In this document: positions 18,041 to 27,204 of the stretch, one piece after another
How the letters are laid out: every line of letters starts with the position of its first letter
Numbering within the stretch: the first letter of the stretch is position 1
Source: Clostridium sp. CAG:417
Lineage (GTDB): Bacteria; Bacillota_I; Bacilli_A; RF39; UBA660
Direction: 5' to 3'
Assembly: GCA_000432835.1 (NCBI GenBank)
Contig: FR890370.1
Location: forward strand, 26,622 to 90,621
Length of the DNA: 64,000 nt
Program-made: the position numbers and the translations under genes
Notes under the pieces: generated by a model
What the model was told of the DNA's origin: nothing
The model's input: only the letters and a program-made list of their open reading frames with translations
Database searches by the model: none

Positions 18041-19311
18041 AAAATCAAAAACAAACACTTAGTAAACAACTTATTATAATAATTTTCTTAGTCTTTTCCA
18101 TAGCATTTATCTGTCTAGGGGTAGTCTTACCTAAAACCCTAATTCCTCTAGCAGAAAATAATGTCTATAGGTATTTAAGTGAACCATTAAAGTTCATGCA
18201 GTCTAATTTTGATAAAGACCTATCTTCGTCGGAGATTGCATATCTATATATTATAGATCAAAAAATAGTAACTAGTGATAATTTAACTGAAGTTATGGGA
18301 TTTGATAACCCATTATTTATCATAAAAAAAATCAAAAATAATACCTATGGAAAATTTATTTATAAACATAATACCTATTACTATTACACAATAAAAGCAG
18401 AACAAGTTACCAAAATAGCTCTAACAAATGATACTTATATAAATAAAACTAAAGCCGATATTTTAGCAGCTATTTTACCAATAGTTTTAGGAACACTTTT
18501 AATAGTAGGACTTATCCTTGTAATTTGGAGTTCTATTATAATATATAAGATTGACAAACTAAAATCAAAGGTTGATAATATCGACAATGAGGATTATAAC
18601 CATACAATTGATTTTAAAGCTAATGATGAAATTAAGTCTTTAGGATACGCAATTGAAGATATGCGCATTTCCCTAAAAAGCCAAGGGGAATATCGCAATC
18701 AAATGTATCAAAATATCTCACATGATTTTAAAACACCTCTTACCGTTATAAAATCATATATAGAAGCTGTTCATGACGAAGTAGAAGATAAAGACAAGGC
18801 TCTACAAGTTATCGAAGAGCAAACTGAAAAATTAGAAAATAAAGTACACTCACTTCTTTACTTAAATAAACTAGATTATCTCAAAGATAGTAAACCGAAA
18901 ATAGAAAAAATAGACATGGAAAAACTTATAAATGACGAGGTTTCTAAATTTAAATGGAAACGAAAAGATGTAGAATTTATAGTCGAATATGACCATAAAT
19001 CGGTATATTTTGGTACAGTTGAGCATTGGGAGACGATTCTTGACAACTTACTAAATAATTTTATGAGATATGCTAGTACTACTATAAAAATTAATGCCAA
19101 ACAAAATAAAATAATTTTATATAATGATGGATCAAACATCGATAATGATTTACTTGAGGGAATCTTTACTCCGTTCCGCAAGGGAATTAAAGGTGAATTT
19201 GGTCTAGGATTATCAATTGTGAAAAAGACTTTATGTATCATTGGCTATGATATTAATATAAAAAATGAAAAGAAAGGTGTGACCTTCATAATAACTAGAA
19301 GCTCTAAATAA
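18037..19311 (+). CDS. Sensor histidine kinase
   Basis: Two TM segments, an H-box ISHDFKTPLT, an N-box LLNNFMRYA and a G-box. The ATGA overlap with the regulator gene indicates translational coupling. Confidence 0.9.
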   Translation: MKNQKQTLSKQLIIIIFLVFSIAFICLGVVLPKTLIPLAENNVYRYLSEPLKFMQSNFDKDLSSSEIAYLYIIDQKIVTSDNLTEVMGFDNPLFIIKKIKNNTYGKFIYKHNTYYYYTIKAEQVTKIALTNDTYINKTKADILAAILPIVLGTLLIVGLILVIWSSIIIYKIDKLKSKVDNIDNEDYNHTIDFKANDEIKSLGYAIEDMRISLKSQGEYRNQMYQNISHDFKTPLTVIKSYIEAVHDEVEDKDKALQVIEEQTEKLENKVHSLLYLNKLDYLKDSKPKIEKIDMEKLINDEVSKFKWKRKDVEFIVEYDHKSVYFGTVEHWETILDNLLNNFMRYASTTIKINAKQNKIILYNDGSNIDNDLLEGIFTPFRKGIKGEFGLGLSIVKKTLCIIGYDINIKNEKKGVTFIITRSSK

Positions 19312-19366
19312 GGCTTCTTTTTGTTTAATTTATATTTATTTGTCCATAATAACAATGGTGATAAAT

Positions 19367-20152
19367 ATGAAAATATTAATAACAGGAGCAACATCGGGTA
19401 TTGCTTATGAAACAGCTTTAAAACTGTTAGAGCAAAATAATTTTGTTTATTTGTGTACACATACAGAAGAAGAAAAATACCTTCTAAAAGAAAAACTCGC
19501 TAATAAAAGTAATGCCAAAGTATATAAACTAGATGTTTGTAATGAAAATGATTTAAAACTTTTAGATATTTTAGATTATGATGTTTTTTGGTCACATGCT
19601 GGCATTGGTAATGGTGGAGCAGTACTTGGTATTTCACTAGATACAATTAGAAAAAACTATGAAGTAAATGTTTTTAAAAATATTGCGGTAATAAAAAGGG
19701 CATATGAAAATATGCGCCATAAAAATATAGAGGGGAAAATATTTGTGACCAGTTCTTTAGCGGCATATTTACCCCTTACTTATTTAGGAGCTTATACATC
19801 TAGTAAAGCAGCCTTAAGTAGTCTTTGTTATACAATGAATAAAGAGTTAAAATTAATTGGTAGTAATATTAGTCTTACTCTAATAGAGCTAGGTGCATAT
19901 CATACGGGTTTTAATCAAGTTATGATTGATAACAAAGAACGCTTTTTAAAACCAGCATCAACTTTTTATTTATATAAAGATAAAGTAACAAAAAAACAAA
20001 ACAACCTCTTTAATCTTATAGAAAAAAAGACTTTAACAGCAGTTAGTACCAAACTAGCAAAACAAATTTCAAAGAAAAATCCTAAATTTCTTATTCGAAC
20101 ACCCCTTATTCAAAGACTACTGGTAAAATTATATATTATATTTTTAAGATAA
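19367..20152 (+). CDS. SDR family oxidoreductase
   Basis: MKILITGATSGIAYE (TGxxxGxG) and YTSSKAA (YxxxK). Confidence 0.85.
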   Translation: MKILITGATSGIAYETALKLLEQNNFVYLCTHTEEEKYLLKEKLANKSNAKVYKLDVCNENDLKLLDILDYDVFWSHAGIGNGGAVLGISLDTIRKNYEVNVFKNIAVIKRAYENMRHKNIEGKIFVTSSLAAYLPLTYLGAYTSSKAALSSLCYTMNKELKLIGSNISLTLIELGAYHTGFNQVMIDNKERFLKPASTFYLYKDKVTKKQNNLFNLIEKKTLTAVSTKLAKQISKKNPKFLIRTPLIQRLLVKLYIIFLR

Positions 20153-20215
20153 CTTATTATATTATTGCATTAGCCTCTTTTTTGTATTATTATATAAAGT
20201 ATTTAGGAGGTTCTG

Positions 20216-21922
20216 ATGTTAAAAAATAATTATGATGTTGCAATGATAATGCAACGAAGAAAAATACATGCTGGTTTAAGTATATATGTACCAGCACTAG
20301 GTATAGAAGGCAAGTACTCCGAAGATGAGGGAATCTTTTATGCGCTCGATGGAACTTCTTATGAAGTGCTTGATGAATTTATCTATGATTTTGATGATGA
20401 TGTATCATTAATCTGTGATTTTGTATTATCTAAAAAAGATTTTAATGATAAATATAAAAATCAAAAGAATATGGAAGAGGCATTAATGAAATATCGCCTA
20501 GATTATTCAAATTGTAGAGTAAACAGATATGATATGGAAAGTCGTAACACTAAGAGCTTTATTATTGATATTGATGAGCTTTTTTCTGACATAAATAATA
20601 ATATTCAATTTGAAGGTAATGAAGTAATAACCGCTCAAGAAAATATAGTTCCAGAAGCCTTTGAAATTACTCCAGAATTTGAAGAAATGCTTTTCTCTGA
20701 ATTAATAAAAAAAGTTAATAGTCACGCTATGACCAAAAAAGAAATGCTTGAATTAAATAAAAAAATAATTGTCACTCGTGATAACTACAATAATTTAATA
20801 GATACAATAGCTAGAGTAACAGAAATAGAAGAAGAAAGCCTGCAAGCTCCTGCTGTAAAAATTGCTAGTGATTCTAAAGAAAATAACAAGGAAGAACTAT
20901 ATATAAAACGTAAAAACATCATAAAGAAGCTAAAAGATATCATCATCGGACAAGACGATGAAATTGATCAATTAGTAACTGAAATATTTCGTTTGCAAAA
21001 CAATCAAAATGGAAAGAATAAAGGGATTTTATTAAGTGGTTCAACGGGTGTAGGAAAGAGTAGAATATGTACTCTTTTAGCAAAATATCTTGATATACCA
21101 TGTAAAATCATAGATACTACACAACTTACAATGCCTGGTTATAGAGGACAAAATATTGAAGATTTTTTAGAGCAATTATATTTGGATGAAAGAAAAAATC
21201 TAAAACGAGTAGAGAAGGCTATTATTGTATTCGATGAAGTTGATAAAAAGGGTTCACGAGATAATTATGATGTCTCTGGTAAAGGCGTATTAAACCAACT
21301 ACTTAAATTCCTTGATGGAACAGAATATACAATAGGACTAAATGAGGAAAGTGTATTACAGAAAACCAAAGTAAGAATCTCCACTAACAATATGATTGTA
21401 ATATTCTCTGGAGCATTCTCTAATGTTTATAATGCCCCTAAATTTACTACAAACAATTTAGGCTTTAGAGAAACAAATGCTCCTAAAAGTAAAGAACCAA
21501 CACTACAAGACTTTATTGACATTGGTTGCCTACCAGATGAGTCTATGGGAAGACTACCTATTATTATTCACTTAAACACCCTAAGTGAAAATGACCTAAA
21601 AAACATTTTACTTCATTCAAAAGAAAGTGATATTTATTATGTCAAACAAGAGTTTAAAAATGAAGCTGAAGTGGATATTGAATTTAGCGATGAAGCCATC
21701 GAAGAAATCGCTCATCAGGCCTATCTGTTACAAACTGGAGCTAGGTCACTACAAAAAATAGTACATGACGCTACATACCACGCTTTTAAGAAAGTAACAG
21801 ATGATTTTGGAAAATACTCTAAGGTTATAATTACAAAAGATACAATTACAGATCATAAAAACTACACTCTTATTCCAAAAGAACAAAATAAAGTTTTACA
21901 AAAAAATAAAAAAATGCTATAA
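20216..21922 (+). CDS. ClpX-like AAA+ ATPase with an unrecognised ~240-aa N-terminal domain
   Basis: The C-terminal ~330 aa is collinear with ClpX. It has Walker A GSTGVGKS, a pore-loop-like MPGYRGQN, Walker B IIVFDEVDK, DVSGKGVLNQLLKFLDGT, SGAF, and LGF at the IGF-loop position. It has no C4 zinc-finger N-domain. Confidence 0.75.
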   Translation: MLKNNYDVAMIMQRRKIHAGLSIYVPALGIEGKYSEDEGIFYALDGTSYEVLDEFIYDFDDDVSLICDFVLSKKDFNDKYKNQKNMEEALMKYRLDYSNCRVNRYDMESRNTKSFIIDIDELFSDINNNIQFEGNEVITAQENIVPEAFEITPEFEEMLFSELIKKVNSHAMTKKEMLELNKKIIVTRDNYNNLIDTIARVTEIEEESLQAPAVKIASDSKENNKEELYIKRKNIIKKLKDIIIGQDDEIDQLVTEIFRLQNNQNGKNKGILLSGSTGVGKSRICTLLAKYLDIPCKIIDTTQLTMPGYRGQNIEDFLEQLYLDERKNLKRVEKAIIVFDEVDKKGSRDNYDVSGKGVLNQLLKFLDGTEYTIGLNEESVLQKTKVRISTNNMIVIFSGAFSNVYNAPKFTTNNLGFRETNAPKSKEPTLQDFIDIGCLPDESMGRLPIIIHLNTLSENDLKNILLHSKESDIYYVKQEFKNEAEVDIEFSDEAIEEIAHQAYLLQTGARSLQKIVHDATYHAFKKVTDDFGKYSKVIITKDTITDHKNYTLIPKEQNKVLQKNKKML

Positions 21923-21943
21923 TACAACTCCCGGTGATGTATT

Positions 21944-22999
21944 ATGGATATTAGTAAAATAAAAAATTTAAAAATAAATATTAGTAAGATAAAAAAATCA
22001 AATAAACAGTTCAAACTAAGAAAAGAAGAAAGAATCAAAAATTTAAAAATGTTAATAGCGTTACTTGCTACTGCTAATATAGCTATGGGTGCTGGTATTT
22101 CTACCTTCCTAATTCAAAAATTAGTAATGCCACATTATCATGAAAGAGTATCAGATGTATCTAGTCTTTATAAGAGTATTGAAGAAAATACTAATCTAGA
22201 TAAAAATGAAAAAAAGATTTTAAATTATGTTTCGGAGTTTATTGATGCGTATTATTACTATATGGATAAAAACGAAGTAGAAGATAAATTATCTAACTTT
22301 GATATAGTGTATAAAACTCAAAAAGATAAAAATGTAACTGGTTCCTGGAACTCTATGTTTTGCGATATGACTTTCTATACTATGTCATCTTCAAAAGATT
22401 TAAAAAATAATAGTGAAGTTGTTTCTCATGAACTATACCATTTATTAAGTGATGATATCTATAACAAATGTTTAGCAGAAGGAATTGCTTCCCTAATAAA
22501 CTATGAATATTCTGATTATGAAAATCAGGACTCTTACTATAAACAACTATTAATTGCCCAAATCCTTTGTGAGATAATAGATCCAGAATTAGTAGTAAAA
22601 AGTTATCTTCAAGCAGATACCAGTATTATTACAGATGAACTATTTAAAATAGATAATAATAAAACAAGATATAAAAGATTATTTAAAAATTTAAGCAGAT
22701 ATCAAGAGATATTTAATGAATACCTAGAATATACTGAAGTAGACCTAGAAAAAGGCTCTTACAATGATTACTTAAATTTAAAAAACATAGAAGAAGATTT
22801 ATTAAAATCTATAAAATCAGATTTAAAGTTTTATTATGATCATTCAAAAAATAGAAAAGATGAAGCTACCGTTGAAGACTATTTTGACAAGCTTACCACT
22901 GATTATGATATAGTAGTTAATTCAAACAATAATAAAAATAAAATAGTTTATATGGGAGATTATAATACTGAAAGTAAATATTTAAGGAAAACAAAATAA
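21944..22999 (+). CDS. Membrane-anchored protein with HExxH...EG motif (possible MA-clan gluzincin)
   Basis: One N-terminal TM (MLIALLATANIAMGAGISTFLI). SHELYHLL is followed 13 residues later by AEGIASL. It lies 21 nt downstream of the ClpX-like gene. Confidence 0.5.
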   Translation: MDISKIKNLKINISKIKKSNKQFKLRKEERIKNLKMLIALLATANIAMGAGISTFLIQKLVMPHYHERVSDVSSLYKSIEENTNLDKNEKKILNYVSEFIDAYYYYMDKNEVEDKLSNFDIVYKTQKDKNVTGSWNSMFCDMTFYTMSSSKDLKNNSEVVSHELYHLLSDDIYNKCLAEGIASLINYEYSDYENQDSYYKQLLIAQILCEIIDPELVVKSYLQADTSIITDELFKIDNNKTRYKRLFKNLSRYQEIFNEYLEYTEVDLEKGSYNDYLNLKNIEEDLLKSIKSDLKFYYDHSKNRKDEATVEDYFDKLTTDYDIVVNSNNNKNKIVYMGDYNTESKYLRKTK

Positions 23000-23024
23000 G
23001 TGGTTAAGTTACCACTTATTTTTG
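22997..23024 (+). terminator. Rho-independent terminator
   Basis: TAAGTGGT-TAAGTT-ACCACTTA hairpin overlapping the stop codon, followed by T5. Confidence 0.75.
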
Positions 23025-23097
23025 CCATTTTAATAAACAAAAAAGAGCTTTTTAAGCTCCTTTATATTTAATCGATTAAATCGATATTTCTATAAAT

Positions 23098-23173
23098 GGT
23101 GGCGCCGGAGAGATTCGAACTCACGACCTATCGGGTATGAACCGATTGCTCTAGCCAACTGAGCTACAGCGCC
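23098..23173 (-). tRNA. tRNA-Met (anticodon CAT), elongator-like, with encoded CCA
   Basis: The reverse complement is GGCGCTGTAGCTCAGTTGGCTAGAGCAATCGGTTCATACCCGATAGGTCGTGAGTTCGAATCTCTCCGGCGCCACCA. It folds as a cloverleaf with anticodon loop TTCATAC. A lysidine-modified Ile2 identity cannot be excluded. Confidence 0.85.
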
Positions 23174-23310
23174 ATTTCCAAATTACTCATTTAGTATAAC
23201 AGACAAATTTAACTTTGACAACATCTTTTTTAATATTTTTCAAAAACTTCTTAAAATAAACTACTACCACAAATATTTAAAGTTTGTTATACTATTATTA
23301 GGTGAGTAAA

Positions 23311-24180
23311 ATGAAAAGAATATTATCAATCTTATTATCTGTAATATTATTCTTTACCCTAAGCTTTATAATATACCTTTTCACTTTTAAACTTCTGTTT
23401 AAAACTAATTATTTTGATAGAATAATCAAAGAAAACAATGTAAGTGAATATATTAATTTATCTTTAGGTCAAAAAAGCACAATTGTTAATAATATAAATA
23501 CCTCATATCAAGACCTAAAGAAACTAGGCTTAAGTGAAAAAGAAATTACTAATATTATCAATGATACAAATATAAGTCAAGTATTAAACAATATAATCAT
23601 TAATAGAATGCATCATGTATTATATAATGAAAAAACTATAAACTATACATTGGATGATCTAGATAATATTTTAACAAAAAACATTAATAACAGCCAAGTA
23701 AAAGAGTATATCCTCCAAAATGATTACAAAATAATAAGCTTTGAGACAAGCTTAGACTATGATATTAGTAACATAAACTATAAATATTTAACTTTTTATA
23801 AAAAATTAACCTCAAATAAAACCATAATAGTTGTTTTACTAACCTTAATTTTAGTCATAATAATCTTATTTATAATTAATAATAATCTTTTTTTAAATTA
23901 CTTTTTTACAACAACCCTTGTAGTAGGCTTAAATAATATCATTATCTGTCTCATAACACCATATAGTTTAAATATTATATTAGAAAATAAATTGATTAAG
24001 CATGTGTTTAGTAATTTATATACCAATTACTTTAAAGAAGTCTTAATAATTGATTTAATCTTAGTCTTAATATCAACTATAATTCTTTCAGTTAATGACA
24101 AAGTAAATAACAAGAATAATAGAAAAATAAAACCAAGAGTTAGAAAGAGAGTAGAATACGATGAAAATTATAATTTCTGA
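23311..24180 (+). CDS. Hypothetical membrane protein
   Basis: N-terminal TM, an Asn/Ile-rich ectodomain, and 3-4 C-terminal TM segments. The ATG at 23311 follows TAGGTGAG. Confidence 0.6.
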   Translation: MKRILSILLSVILFFTLSFIIYLFTFKLLFKTNYFDRIIKENNVSEYINLSLGQKSTIVNNINTSYQDLKKLGLSEKEITNIINDTNISQVLNNIIINRMHHVLYNEKTINYTLDDLDNILTKNINNSQVKEYILQNDYKIISFETSLDYDISNINYKYLTFYKKLTSNKTIIVVLLTLILVIIILFIINNNLFLNYFFTTTLVVGLNNIIICLITPYSLNIILENKLIKHVFSNLYTNYFKEVLIIDLILVLISTIILSVNDKVNNKNNRKIKPRVRKRVEYDENYNF

Positions 24181-24853
24181 TTATGATGGCACTATTTTTG
24201 AAGATGAAATAACCACTAAGAAAAATATTGCCGCAATAGCAAGGTTTAGAAATCAAAACCTTTTCGCCGTCGCCACAGGCAGAAGTTATGAAGACTTCAT
24301 GTCAGCTAAAATAAAGAATAATATTGAACTGGATTATTACCTTCTAAATTATGGAGCCCAAATACTTGATAAAAATATGCAGCCTATTTCTATAACACCT
24401 TTAACCAAAGAAGATGTTGCAGAAATAAAAAAATTCTTTAAAGAAAAAAATGTTACCATTCTCTATTGTAATGACAAAAAAAATAGCCTAAAAGAATCAG
24501 GTGCTATTTTTAAAATAGTAGTTAAATTTAACAATCGAAAAGACTTAGTAGACTCTTATAAACAGTTTATTAAACTTGATTCCTTTAATACATATATTTT
24601 AAAAAATCACTGTTCTCTAGAAATAATTAGAAAAGATGTTAATAAGAAAGAATCCATAAAAAAATTTCTTCCAATAATTAAACTAAAGCAAAATGATGTA
24701 TTTGTAATAGGGGACAGTATTAATGACTTGGAAATGATAACACAATACCATGGTTTCTGTGTGGAAAACGCGGAACCCAATATTAAAGCAGTAGCAGTAA
24801 AAATATATCCTCATGTATATAATTTAATAGAGAAATTAATGGAGGCAAAATAA
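24161..24853 (+). CDS. HAD-superfamily (Cof-type) hydrolase
   Basis: MKIIISDYDGTIF (DxDGT) and GDSINDLEM motifs. Confidence 0.85.
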   Translation: MKIIISDYDGTIFEDEITTKKNIAAIARFRNQNLFAVATGRSYEDFMSAKIKNNIELDYYLLNYGAQILDKNMQPISITPLTKEDVAEIKKFFKEKNVTILYCNDKKNSLKESGAIFKIVVKFNNRKDLVDSYKQFIKLDSFNTYILKNHCSLEIIRKDVNKKESIKKFLPIIKLKQNDVFVIGDSINDLEMITQYHGFCVENAEPNIKAVAVKIYPHVYNLIEKLMEAK

Positions 24854-25773
24854 TGAAAAACATAGCAGTTGTATATAATCCCGAAAGTGGACATCACGAT
24901 TGTCATAAATTCATAAGATATGTTTCAAGTATAATGAATAAATATGATTATAATGATATGTATTGTCCTACCCAAGGAAAGAACGACTCTACTGAAATAA
25001 TCAGGAATTTACCAAATGACATAGATTTAGTCTTGATTGCTGGAGGGGACGGAACCCTTAATGAAAGTATTAATGGTAACTGTCTAAGAGAAAAAAAGCT
25101 TCCTTTAGCGTACATTCCCTTTGGGACAACTAATGATGTTGGTCGTATGTATGGATTTACCAGAAACTATATTAAAGATATCAAATTATTATTTGATGGA
25201 GTATTAAAGAAGATTGATGTTTGCCATATTAATAAAAAAGCCTTTATTTATGTAGCTTGTGCTGGAAATTATATGAATGTAAGCTATGAAACACCACGTC
25301 GCCTAAAGAAAAAATATGGCAAAATGGCCTATGCTCTTTATGGACTAAAAGAATTAAGTAAAGAAATAAATAAATATGAATTAACATATAAGGTTAATGG
25401 AGTAGTCAAATCAGGGAAATACACCTTCATCTTTGTTACTAATACCAGTAGAATAGCCGGTGTTAATGGAATATATAATGATGTAAAATTAGATGATAAA
25501 ATGTTTGAGGTCGTAATGTGTAAAGCTACTACCAAGAAAGAAATTCTTCATATTATGTATCTTTTAAAAACTAAGAATCTGGAGGAAATAGAAGAAATAG
25601 AGTACTATAAAACAAATCATCTAGAAATAGAATTTAAAGATAATATTCCAACATGGTGTCTTGATGGAGAACGCTATGTAGAAGAACAGAAAAAATTTGT
25701 TTTTACTGTTGATGATACTACGGAGATGTTAATGCCAAGAAAAAATATTGACAAATTATTTGAAGAAAAATAA
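24853..25773 (+). CDS. Diacylglycerol/lipid kinase family protein (DagK/YegS-like)
   Basis: IAGGDGTLNE motif and family-typical length. The start overlaps the HAD gene stop. Confidence 0.85.
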   Translation: MKNIAVVYNPESGHHDCHKFIRYVSSIMNKYDYNDMYCPTQGKNDSTEIIRNLPNDIDLVLIAGGDGTLNESINGNCLREKKLPLAYIPFGTTNDVGRMYGFTRNYIKDIKLLFDGVLKKIDVCHINKKAFIYVACAGNYMNVSYETPRRLKKKYGKMAYALYGLKELSKEINKYELTYKVNGVVKSGKYTFIFVTNTSRIAGVNGIYNDVKLDDKMFEVVMCKATTKKEILHIMYLLKTKNLEEIEEIEYYKTNHLEIEFKDNIPTWCLDGERYVEEQKKFVFTVDDTTEMLMPRKNIDKLFEEK

Positions 25774-25849
25774 TATAAAAAACTTTTCCAAATAAAAATT
25801 ATATGTTATAATGTGGTATAGTTAAGGTTATAAAATAGGAGGCAATATT

Positions 25850-26293
25850 ATGGCATTTGAAAAATTCAAAAATATATTAGGTGGTTCAGAACCAGAAGAT
25901 GAAACAAATGAAACACCAGATGAAGAATTTTACACTTCATCTCGTGAGGAATATAGTGAACAAAATGGAACAGCAGGTTCTAAAATGATGCTATTAGAAC
26001 CAAGAGCATATTCAGAGTCACAACAAATCGCAGATTACTTAAAAGGAAGGAACGCAGTAGTCGTTAATCTAAAAAGAGTAACACCAGATCAAGCAAAAAG
26101 AATCGTAGACTTTTTAAGTGGAACATTATACGCTATTGGCGGAGGATTAGAAAAACTAGGAGGTGGCGTTTTCCTATGTACACCTAACAACGTTAATGTT
26201 GAAGGAAAAATAAGTGATGATAGGGAACCATCTTCCAAAACAACAAAGAAACAAGCAAAAGAAGAAGACATAGACGACGAATTTAATTGGTAA
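25850..26293 (+). CDS. sepF: Cell division protein SepF
   Basis: [47 protein letters not shown] core. Confidence 0.85.
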   Translation: MAFEKFKNILGGSEPEDETNETPDEEFYTSSREEYSEQNGTAGSKMMLLEPRAYSESQQIADYLKGRNAVVVNLKRVTPDQAKRIVDFLSGTLYAIGGGLEKLGGGVFLCTPNNVNVEGKISDDREPSSKTTKKQAKEEDIDDEFNW

Positions 26294-26322
26294 TAGATAA
26301 GTAGAGTCCAGAGGTGAGGCAA

Positions 26323-26778
26323 ATGGAAAAATTTAATTATGAGCCTAATGGTTATAATCGTAAAGAAGTAAACCAATTTATTAGCGACGTCATTGACCAA
26401 ACCTCTGGAATTGTAAAAAAATATACAGAACAAAAAGAAAAAATACACCAACAAGAAGCAGAAATCTCAAAACTAAGAGAAGAAGTAGAACATTATCATC
26501 GCATCGAATCCAATTTAAAAGATACAATCATTAGAGCAGAACATACTGCTGATCATATCAAATATTTAGCTGAACAAGATTCAGACATAATTGTAAAAGA
26601 TGCAAAAAACAGTGCTAGTAGAATTGTAAATGAAGCACTTATCAAAGCTGAAAAGATTGATAATCAAACAGATATTGCTAATAAGAATTTAAAAATATTT
26701 AAACGTAAATTAAAAATATTGTTAGAGCAGCAAGCTGCAATTATTGATGAAATAGAGGATATTGAAATTTTAGACTAA
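26323..26778 (+). CDS. divIVA: DivIVA-domain protein
   Basis: N-terminal NGYNRKEVNQFISDV followed by a coiled coil. The ATG at 26323 follows GAGGTGAGG. The position upstream of ileS matches Bacillus synteny. Confidence 0.8.
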   Translation: MEKFNYEPNGYNRKEVNQFISDVIDQTSGIVKKYTEQKEKIHQQEAEISKLREEVEHYHRIESNLKDTIIRAEHTADHIKYLAEQDSDIIVKDAKNSASRIVNEALIKAEKIDNQTDIANKNLKIFKRKLKILLEQQAAIIDEIEDIEILD

Positions 26779-26896
26779 GAAAGGCAAGAACTAAAAATCT
26801 CTTGTCTTTTTGCTATCTAACTATTATAATCTTTAAAACAATAACAAATTAATTTATTAATCTTGAAATAATAAAATATGTATGATATAACTTTAG

Positions 26897-27120
26897 TAAT
26901 AAGCAAATGCGAAAGACGGAAATATTCGAAAGTATGAAAGAGAACCTTAACTTTGGTGAAATAGGGTTATGAGTAAAATATTTTAGATCACTTTCAAGTG
27001 CCCTTTATGGATAAGATAAAGGCGGGACTATACGTTACATAGTTAAGGTAGATATATTTCGTATTTACAAAATAAGGTGGTACCACGACTAGTTCGTCCT
27101 TTGGTATACACCTTTTTATT
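26897..27120 (+). promoter_or_regulatory. T-box leader (Ile specifier) controlling ileS
   Basis: Stem I elements AGAGAACC...GGTGAAA. ATC followed by A (..TTAGATCAC.., ~26987) is the candidate specifier. The T-box core is AAGGTGGTACCACG (27074-27087). A terminator helix AAGGTG...CACCTT plus a T-run ends at ~27117. Confidence 0.85.
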
Positions 27121-27204
27121 ATTTTAAGGAGTTGATTTAATAAACCTGCAAATAACAATTATTATTACATCCAAAAAGTAAAAAATAGAAGTGGAGGAAT
27201 TATT

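Noticed and set aside
26089-26454. A 121-aa antisense ORF spanning the sepF-divIVA junction. Similar long antisense ORFs lie at 18876-19241 and 35529-35912.
   Set aside because: They lie opposite well-supported genes, cross an intergenic region, and have no RBS. Their composition is typical of the reverse frame of Lys/Glu-rich or Ser/Leu-repeat coding DNA. This is most likely chance.
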